Shown: one piece after another, positions 1 through 9,256 of the stretch
Position numbering within the stretch: the first letter of the stretch is position 1
Layout: each line of letters starts with the position of its first letter
Source: a virus
Taxonomy: Duplodnaviria > Caudoviricetes
Virus record (IMG/VR): IMGVR_UViG_3300023174_000192
Location: 1-58,288 of that record
Length of the DNA stretch: 58,288 nucleotides
Reading direction: 5' to 3' (one strand)
Notes under the pieces: model-generated
Told to the model about the DNA's origin: nothing
Seen by the model: only the letters and a program-made list of their open reading frames with translations
Databases searched by the model: none
Translations under genes and position numbers: made by a program

Positions 1-480
1 AAGGAGGTGGAGAATAAGGATCCACATAAGGAGGTGGAGAATAAGGATCCACATAAGGAGGTGGAGAATAAGGATCCACATAAGGAGGTGGAGAATAAGG
101 AGGTGGAGAATAAGGATCCACATAAGGAGGTGGACCATAAGGATCTATAGGAGGCGGAGAATAAGGATCCACATAAGGAGGCGGTGATGGATCATAAGGA
201 ATAGGGGGCGGAAGCGGTGATGGATCATAAGGAGGCGGAGAATAAGGAGGCGGAGAATAAGGATCCACATAAGGAGGCGGAAGAGGCGGTGAATAGTCGT
301 CGATATCCATAGAATACGAAGGTGGACCAAAATAAGAAGGCGGATCAAAGTACGAAGGTGGATCAAAGTACGTAGGTGGACCAAAATAAGAAGGTGGGTT
401 AAAATAAGAAGGTGGATCAAAGTACGTAGGTGGAGAATAATACGAAGGTGCATCGTAGTACGAAGGTGCAGAATAGTATG
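1..480. repeat. Coding tandem repeat: 27-bp unit AAGGAGGTGGAGAATAAGGATCCACAT (PPPYVDPYS), decaying into 18-bp units (PPSYFD)
   Basis: Directly visible; the same unit occupies 58085-58288. Confidence 0.95.
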
Positions 481-691
481 AAGGGGAAGAATAAACCGAA
501 TAACCGGAGTAGTCGCCTAATCCCTCGTCAAACTGCGTCAACCCCGTTTTAGGGTTAATGTCACCTTTACCACCTATAGCTTTCAAAAAAGCTGCCTCTT
601 GCAAGGTGATATGCGCGAGTTCTGTGTCGGAACCCTGACCTTGCCGAGCTAGAATATCAGCATAATCTTTTAAGCTATAGTGGTTGCTCAT
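2..691 (-). CDS. N-terminal part (230 codons, open at window edge) of large Pro/Tyr-repeat virion protein; continues at 58288
   Basis: Not in ORF track because it has no stop. ATG at 691 overlaps the portal stop (ATGA); I read the frame open to base 2: MSNHYSLKDYADILARQGQGSDTELAHITLQEAAFLKAIGGKGDINPKTGLTQF... then PPSYFD and PPPYVDPYS repeats identical to those starting ORF 55691-58264. Confidence 0.85.
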   Translation of the reverse strand, partial: MSNHYSLKDYADILARQGQGSDTELAHITLQEAAFLKAIGGKGDINPKTGLTQFDEGLGDYSGYSVYSSPSYYSAPSYYDAPSYYSPPTYFDPPSYFNPPSYFGPPTYFDPPSYFDPPSYFGPPSYSMDIDDYSPPLPPPYVDPYSPPPYSPPPYDPSPLPPPIPYDPSPPPYVDPYSPPPIDPYGPPPYVDPYSPPPYSPPPYVDPYSPPPYVDPYSPPPYVDPYSPPP

Positions 692-3120
692 CTTAACCCC
701 GCCTTTTGGAGCTGTGCTTCTACCCGCATCTGAGCGATGTCCTCATTAGAGTGCATACGCTGGATATCCATACGGGTCTTATCGGCATTGCGCTGCTGTT
801 CAGCACTTATCTGTTGCTGTACTTCTTGTGCCCTGCGCTGACTATCCTGTTGACGGATGTCCAATTCGCGAGTTTTAAGCTCAACCAGAGGATCATCTTT
901 ATTAGAATCTTTGGTTAGCGGAGCCAGAACTTGCTGAACAAGCTGCGCTTCCATTTGAGATATTTTCTGCATAGCGATCTGCGGAGGAACCTGTTGTCCC
1001 ATCTGCTGCGCTTGCTGCATCTGCTGCTCTACTTGCTGTGTTGCAAGAGCAGTGATGTGTTCCATCACATGGCCTATTAGAATACCATACACGGGCGGAC
1101 TTGTTTGAACAATAGGCGTCTGAATAAAAGCCATATGCGCCATGATATGAGAAGCATGATCCTGATCGGGGAACACCTTCAAAGCCTTTACACCCTGCGG
1201 CATTTGCAAAGAACGACCGTTTTCTACAGGAGCCGTTTCCGGTTTCGGGGGTTGAGGAGGTGGAAGGATCGCATCGATCTCTTTTACATCAAGGGCAGCG
1301 TACATTCTGCGGTAAGCCTCGTACAGATTATGCTGGTCCGGAGCAGCCTGCGCTAACCGCAACTGCTCTTGTGCCAAAGTTATCCGTTGAGTCATACTGA
1401 AAATATTAGGATCGCTAACGGGGATGATATCCACCCGCCCATCGAAATCTTTAGCCTTAATAGTGCGCTCGCCACCAATTACATCGTAGGGGTATTCTTC
1501 TGGCAAATAGTCAGCAAATACCTGCGAAAGGAGCTGCAATTCCTGCTTTTGGGCATAGTGCATACGCTTATGGACAGCAGACATGACTCTGCTACCCCGC
1601 TCCAGCAGGGCAATGGTGGTCCCAACGGGCATTTCTTGGTTGCCATCGCTCATACCAAGGTCCGTGGTCCCAATAAACTTCTCCGCTGCCCCTACACAGA
1701 AGCCGAGGAGCTGCATCAGCGTACTAGATGGCTCTTTATAGGGCAAAGGTATCAGGTTCGCGGCAAGATCGCCTCCGGGAGCATCAACATCTCGCCATTC
1801 TCCGGGTTGTAGGGGGCTGTCTTGGTCTTGAATCCGCAACCCTTTAGATTTAAACCCTGCTGGGAGGTTGGCGAGGGTCCCTGAATCAATAAGCTGCCGC
1901 AAAATAGACGTGCTACTGCGCGAAAGGTTCCCCAACAGATGAACAAGGCCAAAACCATAGAACCCAAGTCCGGGAAGCAGCTTATAATGGACAAAATACT
2001 GCCGTTTGCGGTAAGACGGATCATCTTCTTGGTAGTTACGGCGGATAGCAAGGATCTCACCAGTGTCTGAATCCAATGTTACGATAAAGGGCAGCTTGAC
2101 ATTTTGCTTTTCTTTATCTTTTTTGTCTTTTTCAAGCCCCTTGATATCCAAATTGCAATGGCACTCATAAATAACATAGGTTTCTGGATCGCCATTGCGC
2201 TCGACACCCGTAATTTTGTCCTGACGGTCCTGAATGATGTCATCTGCTGCCTCGGCAGGCTCTGTCAAATCAACATCTTTGTAAAAACCGCTAGCCTGCT
2301 GCTTCAATAGTTCATTTTCGGACATCTGTAGAACATGCGTTACACGCTCTGCGGTACGCAAATCTCTCGCGGAGTAAGGTACTATCAGGTCTTTAGCCTG
2401 AATAAACAAACTCACCCCTCTACCGAGGACTCCGTCGTAGTAAACCTTTTTAAAGGTCGACCCACCATAGCCCAAATAGAACAGCATCTGGTCGTAATCA
2501 GGGTCATACTCTTCCATGACTTCCGTAATCTGGTAGTTCATGAAAGATCTTACGCGCTCTGCCTGTGCTTCCTTTTCAGAAGTAGACACACCAACAATCT
2601 GTGTGCGAACAGGACCACCAGCAGGAAGCATTTCCTTATAGGCTTGGGCCTGTAGCTGCGTGATAGCTTCGTTCAACAGGGGATGTGTTACACCTGTGGA
2701 CCCTTCAAACGGTTCCGAACGCTCATCGTAAGTGAGACCAAGGAGTCCCAACCCCTTTTCAAAAGTGTTTTTCCACTCTTCACGGCTGTCATCATCTTGT
2801 TTAATAAGGTCAAGCAGCTCTGAACTAATTTTGTTGAGGACACTTTCTTCCATAGATTCTGCAAGATTGTCTCCAAAGCCAAGAGAAGATAAGTCAGTAG
2901 ACGCTTCGTCTCCGAAAGTAATCGTTGCACCACCATCTGGTTCCTCTGCGATTTGAAAATTATCATCGGGTTGATCCTCGCCACTCATATCCACCGTGAC
3001 ATCTTTACCCAGCCCAGTTGGGTCCATGCCCTCGGGGTAATCGCTCATTTCGCCATCCAAAGGGAACATGCTCTCTGTGGCATTATCGCGATAAATATTA
3101 TTGTAAGAACCTTTAGCCAT
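688..3120 (-). CDS. Portal protein (P22/podovirus-like)
   Basis: 810 aa directly after TerL; motifs HPLL.EA..Q.QA, G..FKKVYYD, LRQLID.GTL.NLP, PGEWRDVD, Q-rich C-terminal coil. Confidence 0.9.
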   Translation of the reverse strand: MAKGSYNNIYRDNATESMFPLDGEMSDYPEGMDPTGLGKDVTVDMSGEDQPDDNFQIAEEPDGGATITFGDEASTDLSSLGFGDNLAESMEESVLNKISSELLDLIKQDDDSREEWKNTFEKGLGLLGLTYDERSEPFEGSTGVTHPLLNEAITQLQAQAYKEMLPAGGPVRTQIVGVSTSEKEAQAERVRSFMNYQITEVMEEYDPDYDQMLFYLGYGGSTFKKVYYDGVLGRGVSLFIQAKDLIVPYSARDLRTAERVTHVLQMSENELLKQQASGFYKDVDLTEPAEAADDIIQDRQDKITGVERNGDPETYVIYECHCNLDIKGLEKDKKDKEKQNVKLPFIVTLDSDTGEILAIRRNYQEDDPSYRKRQYFVHYKLLPGLGFYGFGLVHLLGNLSRSSTSILRQLIDSGTLANLPAGFKSKGLRIQDQDSPLQPGEWRDVDAPGGDLAANLIPLPYKEPSSTLMQLLGFCVGAAEKFIGTTDLGMSDGNQEMPVGTTIALLERGSRVMSAVHKRMHYAQKQELQLLSQVFADYLPEEYPYDVIGGERTIKAKDFDGRVDIIPVSDPNIFSMTQRITLAQEQLRLAQAAPDQHNLYEAYRRMYAALDVKEIDAILPPPQPPKPETAPVENGRSLQMPQGVKALKVFPDQDHASHIMAHMAFIQTPIVQTSPPVYGILIGHVMEHITALATQQVEQQMQQAQQMGQQVPPQIAMQKISQMEAQLVQQVLAPLTKDSNKDDPLVELKTRELDIRQQDSQRRAQEVQQQISAEQQRNADKTRMDIQRMHSNEDIAQMRVEAQLQKAGLR

Positions 3121-4580
3121 TAGTAGTACACCCTTCGTACGGGACCACCGTCGCGCTCATACACGTAATCTTCAGGGTGAGTAATAAATCCACCCTGACG
3201 GAATCGCATAAGAGCTTGCGTCATCGCGTCTACCATATCATCATGTTCCCCAAAAGGAAAGGCCGCACATTCCTCTATAACTTCTTCCGCCCAAGTCGCT
3301 TCGGGAGCCCAAACCAATCCACTTTCAAATAACGGGGCCACCGCATTCACTCGGGCATGTTTATCATTCCCACGGCTAGGGCTAAAATTTACCACAGGTA
3401 TCCCCATCTGCCGTAGTTCCTGAGTCAAAGGAATCCCCGCCGCCTTACTTTCAATCAGCACTGTATCCGGTTCCCAATAATCATACTCATCCTTAGCAAT
3501 TCGCTTTAGCTCGGGGAACTCCCAACGGCCCTTCCTCGCATCTAACAAAACAACATTAGGCGGTGAATCTTCCTTCGGGAAAAATACTCCCCACGTCTGA
3601 ATCGCACTATAATCCGCCGTCTGGCTTTTCAAAAACGCTGTATCATAACTCTGCATCACATACTGGAGCTTCGGAATTTTTTCTTTGGTCCACCGATTCC
3701 ACCACGACCGCTTGATAATACTGGACATATCAGCGGTAGGCTGCTGCATATACTGCGCCTGCCACTTACTAAGGTTAATGGAAGCCTTAACACTCTCCAG
3801 TTCCTCTAACTTCCAATACTCCGGCCACAACGCCTTACCACTCGGTAAGATCGCCGGAAACTCAACCACCTCCCACTTATCCGCCTTTGGGTCCATGGCC
3901 GACTGCTTCAACAACTTAGCCGTCAGGTCAAGTTCGGACCATCGAGTCATAACAACTACAATCGCACCTCCGGGCTGGAGACGCTGACGTGGCCCCCCCT
4001 GATACCACTCCCACGCATTTTCCAACGCCGCAGGGGACATCGCATCCTGCTCAGAATGAGGGTCATCCACAATAAACAAATCCGCACCACGGCCTGCAAT
4101 ATTACCACCCACCCCCGCAGCATAATATTCACCACCATCATTCGTCTCCCAACGGTACGCCGCCTTACTATCCGCCTTCAACGTGACACCAAAAACCTTC
4201 TGGTAATCCTCCGTCTCCATCAAAGTCTTAACCTTACGCCCAAATCGTACCGACAAATCAGCCGTATGCGTCGCCTGCATAATCTTCATATCCGGCCTAC
4301 GCCCAATCATCCACGCAGGGAACAAGAAAGACGCAAACTCCGACTTCGTATGGCGCGGCGGCATATTGATCACCAACCGCTTCAACTCACCCTTCGCCAC
4401 CAACTCCAGCTTTTCAGCAACAATCCTATGGTGTCGTCCTGCAATAAACGCAGGCCACACAAACTTTACAAACTCTAAAAAATTCATCGCCGCAAGCTCC
4501 GCCTGCGTCAACGCTCGCGCTCGCTCTACAAGTTTATAATACTTCTTAGCCACATCATCCGGTAGATTCAACTTCACCAT
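3120..4580 (-). CDS. terL: Terminase large subunit
   Basis: INMPPRHTKS Walker A, GRGADLFIVDDP Walker B, SYDTA and HDDMVDA nuclease motifs; start placed at ATG 4580 after a purine-rich RBS. Confidence 0.95.
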   Translation of the reverse strand: MVKLNLPDDVAKKYYKLVERARALTQAELAAMNFLEFVKFVWPAFIAGRHHRIVAEKLELVAKGELKRLVINMPPRHTKSEFASFLFPAWMIGRRPDMKIMQATHTADLSVRFGRKVKTLMETEDYQKVFGVTLKADSKAAYRWETNDGGEYYAAGVGGNIAGRGADLFIVDDPHSEQDAMSPAALENAWEWYQGGPRQRLQPGGAIVVVMTRWSELDLTAKLLKQSAMDPKADKWEVVEFPAILPSGKALWPEYWKLEELESVKASINLSKWQAQYMQQPTADMSSIIKRSWWNRWTKEKIPKLQYVMQSYDTAFLKSQTADYSAIQTWGVFFPKEDSPPNVVLLDARKGRWEFPELKRIAKDEYDYWEPDTVLIESKAAGIPLTQELRQMGIPVVNFSPSRGNDKHARVNAVAPLFESGLVWAPEATWAEEVIEECAAFPFGEHDDMVDAMTQALMRFRQGGFITHPEDYVYERDGGPVRRVYY

Positions 4581-5385
4581 TCGCCACCTTCTTCGGTTCT
4601 TTATCCCCATTCATAGGGCATTTTTCAGGGTTAGAATAGCTGCCACCATCAACCACTAACTTCGTCTGGTGGTCAATCGGGCACTTACCACCATCAGGGT
4701 ACAACCCACGGAAATAATGCCGCTGCCATCCAGTTTTCGTTATTTCCGGGTCACGACGGTCTAATCCAGCATTAAACGCCTTCCGCTTACTGTGGAAATC
4801 ATCCACCTGAGCCTTCAACTCCGGATGGTCCGTCAACATCTCTCGCTTAACTTCAAACTCCTCAACCTGCCTACGCTTTATGGGAAAGAAAAAACAAATA
4901 GGGTCACCCTTTCTAAACTCCACAAACCCTCGCTCATGCACCTTCCAATTCATCGTAAACGTATACGGCGACCAATCAGCCTCATACAAACCAGTCATAG
5001 GGGCAGCATTCCGTATAAAAAAATTAGGCGCACCCGTTATCCACAAATCATAATCTGGGGGCGTCCGTATCAAAGCCGGAATCAAAAAAGTCAAAATCCC
5101 ATTTCCAAATATACTAACCGTCTCACCCTTACTCCCATTCAAAATCATCAACGTCTCCTTATCACGCTCACCCGTCCACACAGCACGTACATTCTGCTTC
5201 AACGTAACCTGCCAACCACTCTGGTTAGCCATCATCAAAGGCAAACATCTGTACGCATGGCCTCGGGGGGAATTCTGCGAATGGGTATCACTCATCCACG
5301 CTCGCTCCATAGGCGCAGGCTCTACAGTAAACACATTGTTCTCATATTCATAAAACGTAAGCGACAATTTCTCGGTCACCAGCAT
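4555..5385 (-). CDS. DUF6065-family protein
   Basis: Motifs AYRCLPL..AN..GW, GILTF, DW.PYTFTMNW, WQ.HYF.G recognised from DUF6065; start uncertain (5385-5442). Confidence 0.75.
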   Translation of the reverse strand: MLVTEKLSLTFYEYENNVFTVEPAPMERAWMSDTHSQNSPRGHAYRCLPLMMANQSGWQVTLKQNVRAVWTGERDKETLMILNGSKGETVSIFGNGILTFLIPALIRTPPDYDLWITGAPNFFIRNAAPMTGLYEADWSPYTFTMNWKVHERGFVEFRKGDPICFFFPIKRRQVEEFEVKREMLTDHPELKAQVDDFHSKRKAFNAGLDRRDPEITKTGWQRHYFRGLYPDGGKCPIDHQTKLVVDGGSYSNPEKCPMNGDKEPKKVANGEVESTG

Positions 5386-5680
5386 CTCCAATAAAGCATG
5401 GTTCATCAACCACGAACAACTAACCAATATTATCATATACAAGGCGGGGCAAGGGGACCCTTCATCTAAACTAGAGAAAAAGGGGTAGGGTGATTTGGGG
5501 AAGTTACTAAGAGATTACCAAAAGTTGTGGAAAATTCTATAATTTTTGAAAATTGCCCATGAACCGTGGAAAACTTGGGTTCGGGTGTTGTGGCGGGTGC
5601 GGGAGTTCCTCAGGGGGGTTAAGAAATCGCAAGCTGCCGATGGTGCGATGCACAATAGGGCAAGGGACCCGTTGTGCGGT

Positions 5681-5792
5681 GCAACAGAAATGTTTGTTGC
5701 AACGCAACAGAAAGTTCAGTTGCACTGCAACAGAAATGTCGGTCCGTGTATGACTAACATGTTAGTCCGTGCACCACTGACATGTCAGTGTG
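5681..5792. repeat. Five imperfect palindromic units at exact 23-bp spacing (core ACTRACATGTYAGT)
   Basis: Units start at 5681, 5704, 5727, 5750, 5773; perfect 16-bp palindromes GACTAACATGTTAGTC (5752-5767) and CACTGACATGTCAGTG (5775-5790). Confidence 0.85.
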
Positions 5793-5800
5793 CGGTGCAC

Positions 5801-5829
5801 AAAAAAGCACCGCACGATTTGTGCGGTGC
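5801..5829 (-). terminator. Rho-independent terminator
   Basis: GCACCGCAC-5 nt-GTGCGGTGC 9-bp stem with T6 tail on the minus strand, just after the stop at 5852. Confidence 0.8.
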
Positions 5830-5851
5830 AATATCGCTTGGTGCTTAATTT

Positions 5852-6304
5852 TTAAGCAACGACCAAGTGGACAAATGGTGTGCCGTAGGAGGCCTGACTC
5901 GCGCTATATCCGCCGTTGAGGAGGGCTAGCAGGCAGACCGGATTATTTGGTGTGTGTTGCGCGATTGTGCCGACACCCTTCTGAGACTTGCACCAGATCC
6001 AATGCTGAGCCAAATTTTCCACCGACAGGATGTGGTTCTGCAGGATTGCGCGGGTCCCCTGCGAATTTCCATTATAACCAAATGGGACCGGACCTTTCAA
6101 TCCCTGCCCGACATAATCGGCCACGACATTCGCTTGCGGGACAATTTTCACATTGGACCAATTTCCACCAGCATTAGTGTTGACCCATGCCCGAAGAGCT
6201 TGGACCGTGACCGGAGCATTGACCGCGCCGAATAATGCGACATTTTCTGCGACCGTATTTCCTGCGACCGCGACGGGGGACTTAGTGTTTTTTGTTTTAG
6301 TCAT
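5852..6304 (-). CDS. Hypothetical protein (monocistronic, probable early gene)
   Basis: ATG 6304 with AAAGGA RBS; has its own promoter and terminator. Confidence 0.7.
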   Translation of the reverse strand: MTKTKNTKSPVAVAGNTVAENVALFGAVNAPVTVQALRAWVNTNAGGNWSNVKIVPQANVVADYVGQGLKGPVPFGYNGNSQGTRAILQNHILSVENLAQHWIWCKSQKGVGTIAQHTPNNPVCLLALLNGGYSASQASYGTPFVHLVVA

Positions 6305-6350
6305 AATCAATATCCTTTGTTTATGTTGATAACCATTTACCAACAAATTC

Positions 6351-6379
6351 ATTCTGGCATTTTTACCAAAAGATTACAA
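6351..6379 (-). promoter_or_regulatory. Sigma70-like promoter
   Basis: TTGTAA-17 bp-CAGAAT with extended TG and an AT-rich upstream tract. Confidence 0.55.
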
Positions 6380-6652
6380 ACAAAAAATGATAAGTAAAAA
6401 TACGTACGTAAAAATACGTATTCGGTCCGTCCGTCCGGTCGTCGGATCATCCAATCTTCCCCAGGTCTATTAATCAAAGTCATCGGGTCATCAAATCATC
6501 ATCGGTTCTTCCTCTCTCTAGATCGGCGGTGACGATTTGACAATAAGAATTAAAGAAGATTAGACGATTTGATGATGAAGAAAATTTGACGACGGATGAA
6601 AAGAAGATTACCCATCCTCTAAATGAGCGGTTCCAAAAAACCATTCAAGATT

Positions 6653-7144
6653 TCAAACGGCTCTCTCTGAATGAGCGGTCTCATCTTTCGGCGCAATAAT
6701 TCCCATCGTCGAATGTACGTGGTCCTTGATAAACGCTATCATACTCTCGGTCCAATCTTCCGTCTTTAAGGACGACCAGACAGGATTCACGGACCCCGAA
6801 CCTTCGTCCACTAATCGTCTCACTTGGCTACCCAAATAAATATATAGACAGCCCGACAAAGGGTGGCTGACCAAGTTGAAGACATTTGAACAAATTGACG
6901 ATCTCCTGTGTTGCCAAGCGATTTGTTGAGGACGCCACAGATTACTCGGTTTGTAGACCTTTGTTCTGCAAACCTTCAGCTCCAGCCAAAATTCAATCCC
7001 ATTTGCCGGAATCTGGGAGCCCGTGGAGACCGCTCCGTTGAGGTCAGGGATACCTGCCCCGACCCATGCTTCAATCCGCGTCCAGTGGACCTTCGTCTCC
7101 GTCTTCTTCTTCAAGTCTTGCCATAATTTCTTTTCCGGCGTCAT
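6653..7144 (-). CDS. PD-(D/E)xK nuclease (VRR-NUC / Holliday junction resolvase-like)
   Basis: E..LW, WTRIE, G.PDL, FWLELK, RP.Q.AW motifs. Confidence 0.75.
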   Translation of the reverse strand: MTPEKKLWQDLKKKTETKVHWTRIEAWVGAGIPDLNGAVSTGSQIPANGIEFWLELKVCRTKVYKPSNLWRPQQIAWQHRRSSICSNVFNLVSHPLSGCLYIYLGSQVRRLVDEGSGSVNPVWSSLKTEDWTESMIAFIKDHVHSTMGIIAPKDETAHSERAV

Positions 7145-7676
7145 CTACAATAGCCTCGTGTTCAATCATCTTTTTGGGGTTCGTATCCTGTATCAGCAGC
7201 GGGAATTCTGCTTGCAGCCTACGAATCTCAGTCATGACTTCTTCTTTAGACATTTGATCAATCTTGCCCACCAGAATTTCTTGGCGGGAGATGTACAGCC
7301 CTGCTGCCTGACCACGGGATTTTTCTGCCGAGACGGCGGCGGGGAAATTGCTTGCGAGTAATGCAGCGTCTCTGATTTCTGCCAGCTTGCGTACATGATT
7401 ATCAAACGTGACTTCGTATTTAACAGAGAGTTCTAATTTCAGTTCCTTTATACGATCAATGATGTGAGGATAATCTCTGTTGTTAAGGAATCTGCTGGCT
7501 ACCCATGCAGAATTCTTTTCGTCATACCCAGCGAGACGAGCGGCTTCTGTCTGCGTTACGTCACTGGTTGCATAAATCCTGCAGAATTTCTCTTGCTTAA
7601 CGGTAAGACCACGCTCGGTCCTAGGGTTGGCTAAGATGTTCATTAGCGGCTTATGAGTCTCTTTGGCGACTGCCAT
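7071..7676 (-). CDS. terS: Terminase small subunit
   Basis: LT.KQEKFC..Y....TQTEAARLAGY HTH and AA..AE..RG...GLY, typical of TerS. Confidence 0.85.
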   Translation of the reverse strand: MAVAKETHKPLMNILANPRTERGLTVKQEKFCRIYATSDVTQTEAARLAGYDEKNSAWVASRFLNNRDYPHIIDRIKELKLELSVKYEVTFDNHVRKLAEIRDAALLASNFPAAVSAEKSRGQAAGLYISRQEILVGKIDQMSKEEVMTEIRRLQAEFPLLIQDTNPKKMIEHEAIVDDAGKEIMARLEEEDGDEGPLDAD

Positions 7677-7748
7677 GCTTCTGCCCTTTCTGTTACGGTG
7701 AAGACCTTCTTTTTAACCTGTTTCAAAGCGTCTTACCAGTGCTTTGCA

Positions 7749-8081
7749 GACTTCTCTCTTAAGGGAGTGAAGCTATTGGATTCAATATCTCTGAAACTAG
7801 AACAAAATAAGGAAGATACGGATATACGCTGAAGTTCGCCAAGATCGTGTTTTTATTTTCTGTTTTTTCCATTTCGCGTAGCGGAAATAGTTTTGATTGA
7901 TATTGGGAGATATCGGACAGATAGTGGACTAACCTATTGGAAACGTTAGATGATACTAAATATCACAGAAAAGGACTTTCCAAAAAACAAAAATGGACTC
8001 CGCTGGAAAAACCATATCTCATATCTTTGTTGTTTTGTTCTAGTTTGCTCCTGTATCTCCATTTCCCTTAAGAGAAAAGTC
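7749..8081. repeat. Long imperfect inverted repeat (arms 7749-7825 and 8014-8081) in a ~600-bp non-coding region; candidate replication origin
   Basis: Both arms share GACTTYTCTCTTAAGGGA, AAACTAGAACAAAAYAA and AAGATAYG(A)GATAT in opposite orientation around an AT-rich core. Confidence 0.75.
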
Positions 8082-8242
8082 CGTAGTCCGTGGTCCAGCC
8101 ACCAAAAAACCCATAAGATGCCCCCAAATCACCTGTTTTGCGAGGGTTTGCGATTGCATAGAATTACTGGTTGGTGGTTAGGTATGGCTGGTAAATGGAC
8201 TAATCGCAGCCGTATGTGATGAATAGATGATTGCCGATGGTT

Positions 8243-8268
8243 AAGAAAAAGGGGAGCGATGCCCCCCC
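8243..8268 (-). terminator. Rho-independent terminator ending the early operon
   Basis: GGGGGGC-ATC-GCTCCCC stem followed by TTTTTCTT. Confidence 0.65.
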
Positions 8269-8274
8269 TAAGAT

Positions 8275-8523
8275 TTATTTTTTAACGACTTCCAGTGATT
8301 TTTCTGACATGGTGTGAGAAATAACGAGATCCCCTGCAATTTGGAGTGCGACTTGTAGCCTGATGTGGTCAGGCATTGCTGGACCACTGGCGTATTGATT
8401 TTCACCCCACTCGTTATTCCACTCTGCGTAGGTAAGATAATGATTACCTGTTTCTTTTGGAGAGAGGTCAAATTCAATGAGAGTGATTTCGCATTTAAAT
8501 TTAGTTGGATTTTGGTATTTCAT
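8275..8523 (-). CDS. Hypothetical protein
   Basis: ORF in a tightly packed minus-strand operon. Confidence 0.55.
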   Translation of the reverse strand: MKYQNPTKFKCEITLIEFDLSPKETGNHYLTYAEWNNEWGENQYASGPAMPDHIRLQVALQIAGDLVISHTMSEKSLEVVKK

Positions 8524-8534
8524 ATCGCGAGCCT

Positions 8535-8990
8535 TTACACGGTTGGATTTATGAAGAACCAAGCGGCGACGGAGGGACCGAATACCCCTATGACTTTATT
8601 GGTGTGACCGTCGTAAATTTTGACATCTTTCTCTCCGCCGTGTGCCAACACCCTGTCGGTAACCACTTCCATCGCTTCACTAAGTTCTTCACAGCCTACA
8701 GTGTCGTAGTACTTAGCCTCTGTCTCCACGATGTACTTGGGCAATGGTTGCTCTTCCGCTTTATCAAATTCTTGTATAAAGTCGGAGTAATCCCAGTTAG
8801 TGACCCTTTGGAATATCGCTGCCAGATCTTCTGGGGTGTTATTACGGCTGACGTCCCCAAGGATGTTACCGTCCATGAGGAGAGCGACTTCTGTTGTGTC
8901 GTGCGTATCTGGCACTAGGCTCAGTTCTGCGCCCCTAGTCAGTCTGATTTTAAGCTGTTGCATGGTAACCGTCCTTGTCGTAGGTTTCAA
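8535..8990 (-). CDS. Hypothetical protein
   Basis: 151-aa ORF in operon. Confidence 0.6.
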   Translation of the reverse strand: MKPTTRTVTMQQLKIRLTRGAELSLVPDTHDTTEVALLMDGNILGDVSRNNTPEDLAAIFQRVTNWDYSDFIQEFDKAEEQPLPKYIVETEAKYYDTVGCEELSEAMEVVTDRVLAHGGEKDVKIYDGHTNKVIGVFGPSVAAWFFINPTV

Positions 8991-9177
8991 TTAGAATCTC
9001 AAGACCTTTATTGGTAATATGAGACATATCCTGCGTAATACGCTCTTGTAGATAACGCTGGAGATCGTGCACATTAAGTGTCTGTATGTACTCGGCATCC
9101 TGCATACTAAGAGTACGCAGTAACTCGTTGCGATGGCGAGCTTCAAATACTTTGTCTTCCATCACACCATACTCCAC
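8950..9177 (-). CDS. Hypothetical protein
   Basis: ORF in operon. Confidence 0.5.
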   Translation of the reverse strand: MEYGVMEDKVFEARHRNELLRTLSMQDAEYIQTLNVHDLQRYLQERITQDMSHITNKGLEILIETYDKDGYHATA

Positions 9178-9256
9178 ACGATAATTGCTGCGATAAAGCA
9201 GGCGATGCCTACTAGTTCAAACAGATCTTCCAAAAAGTTTACGACGAATTGCTTAA

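Noticed and set aside
1-300. 27-bp repeats at both ends as a CRISPR array or true terminal repeats
   Set aside because: Units are head-to-tail with no unique spacers, keep one open reading frame, and no cas genes are present; this is a coding repeat where the assembly broke.
145-453. ORFs 145-453, 58036-58266, 55906-56172, 55925-56194 and 55965-56240
   Set aside because: Alternative-frame shadows of low-complexity repeats inside a longer real gene.
5681-5792. 23-bp array as a mini-CRISPR
   Set aside because: The period leaves no room for spacers and the units are degenerate dyads, more like binding sites.
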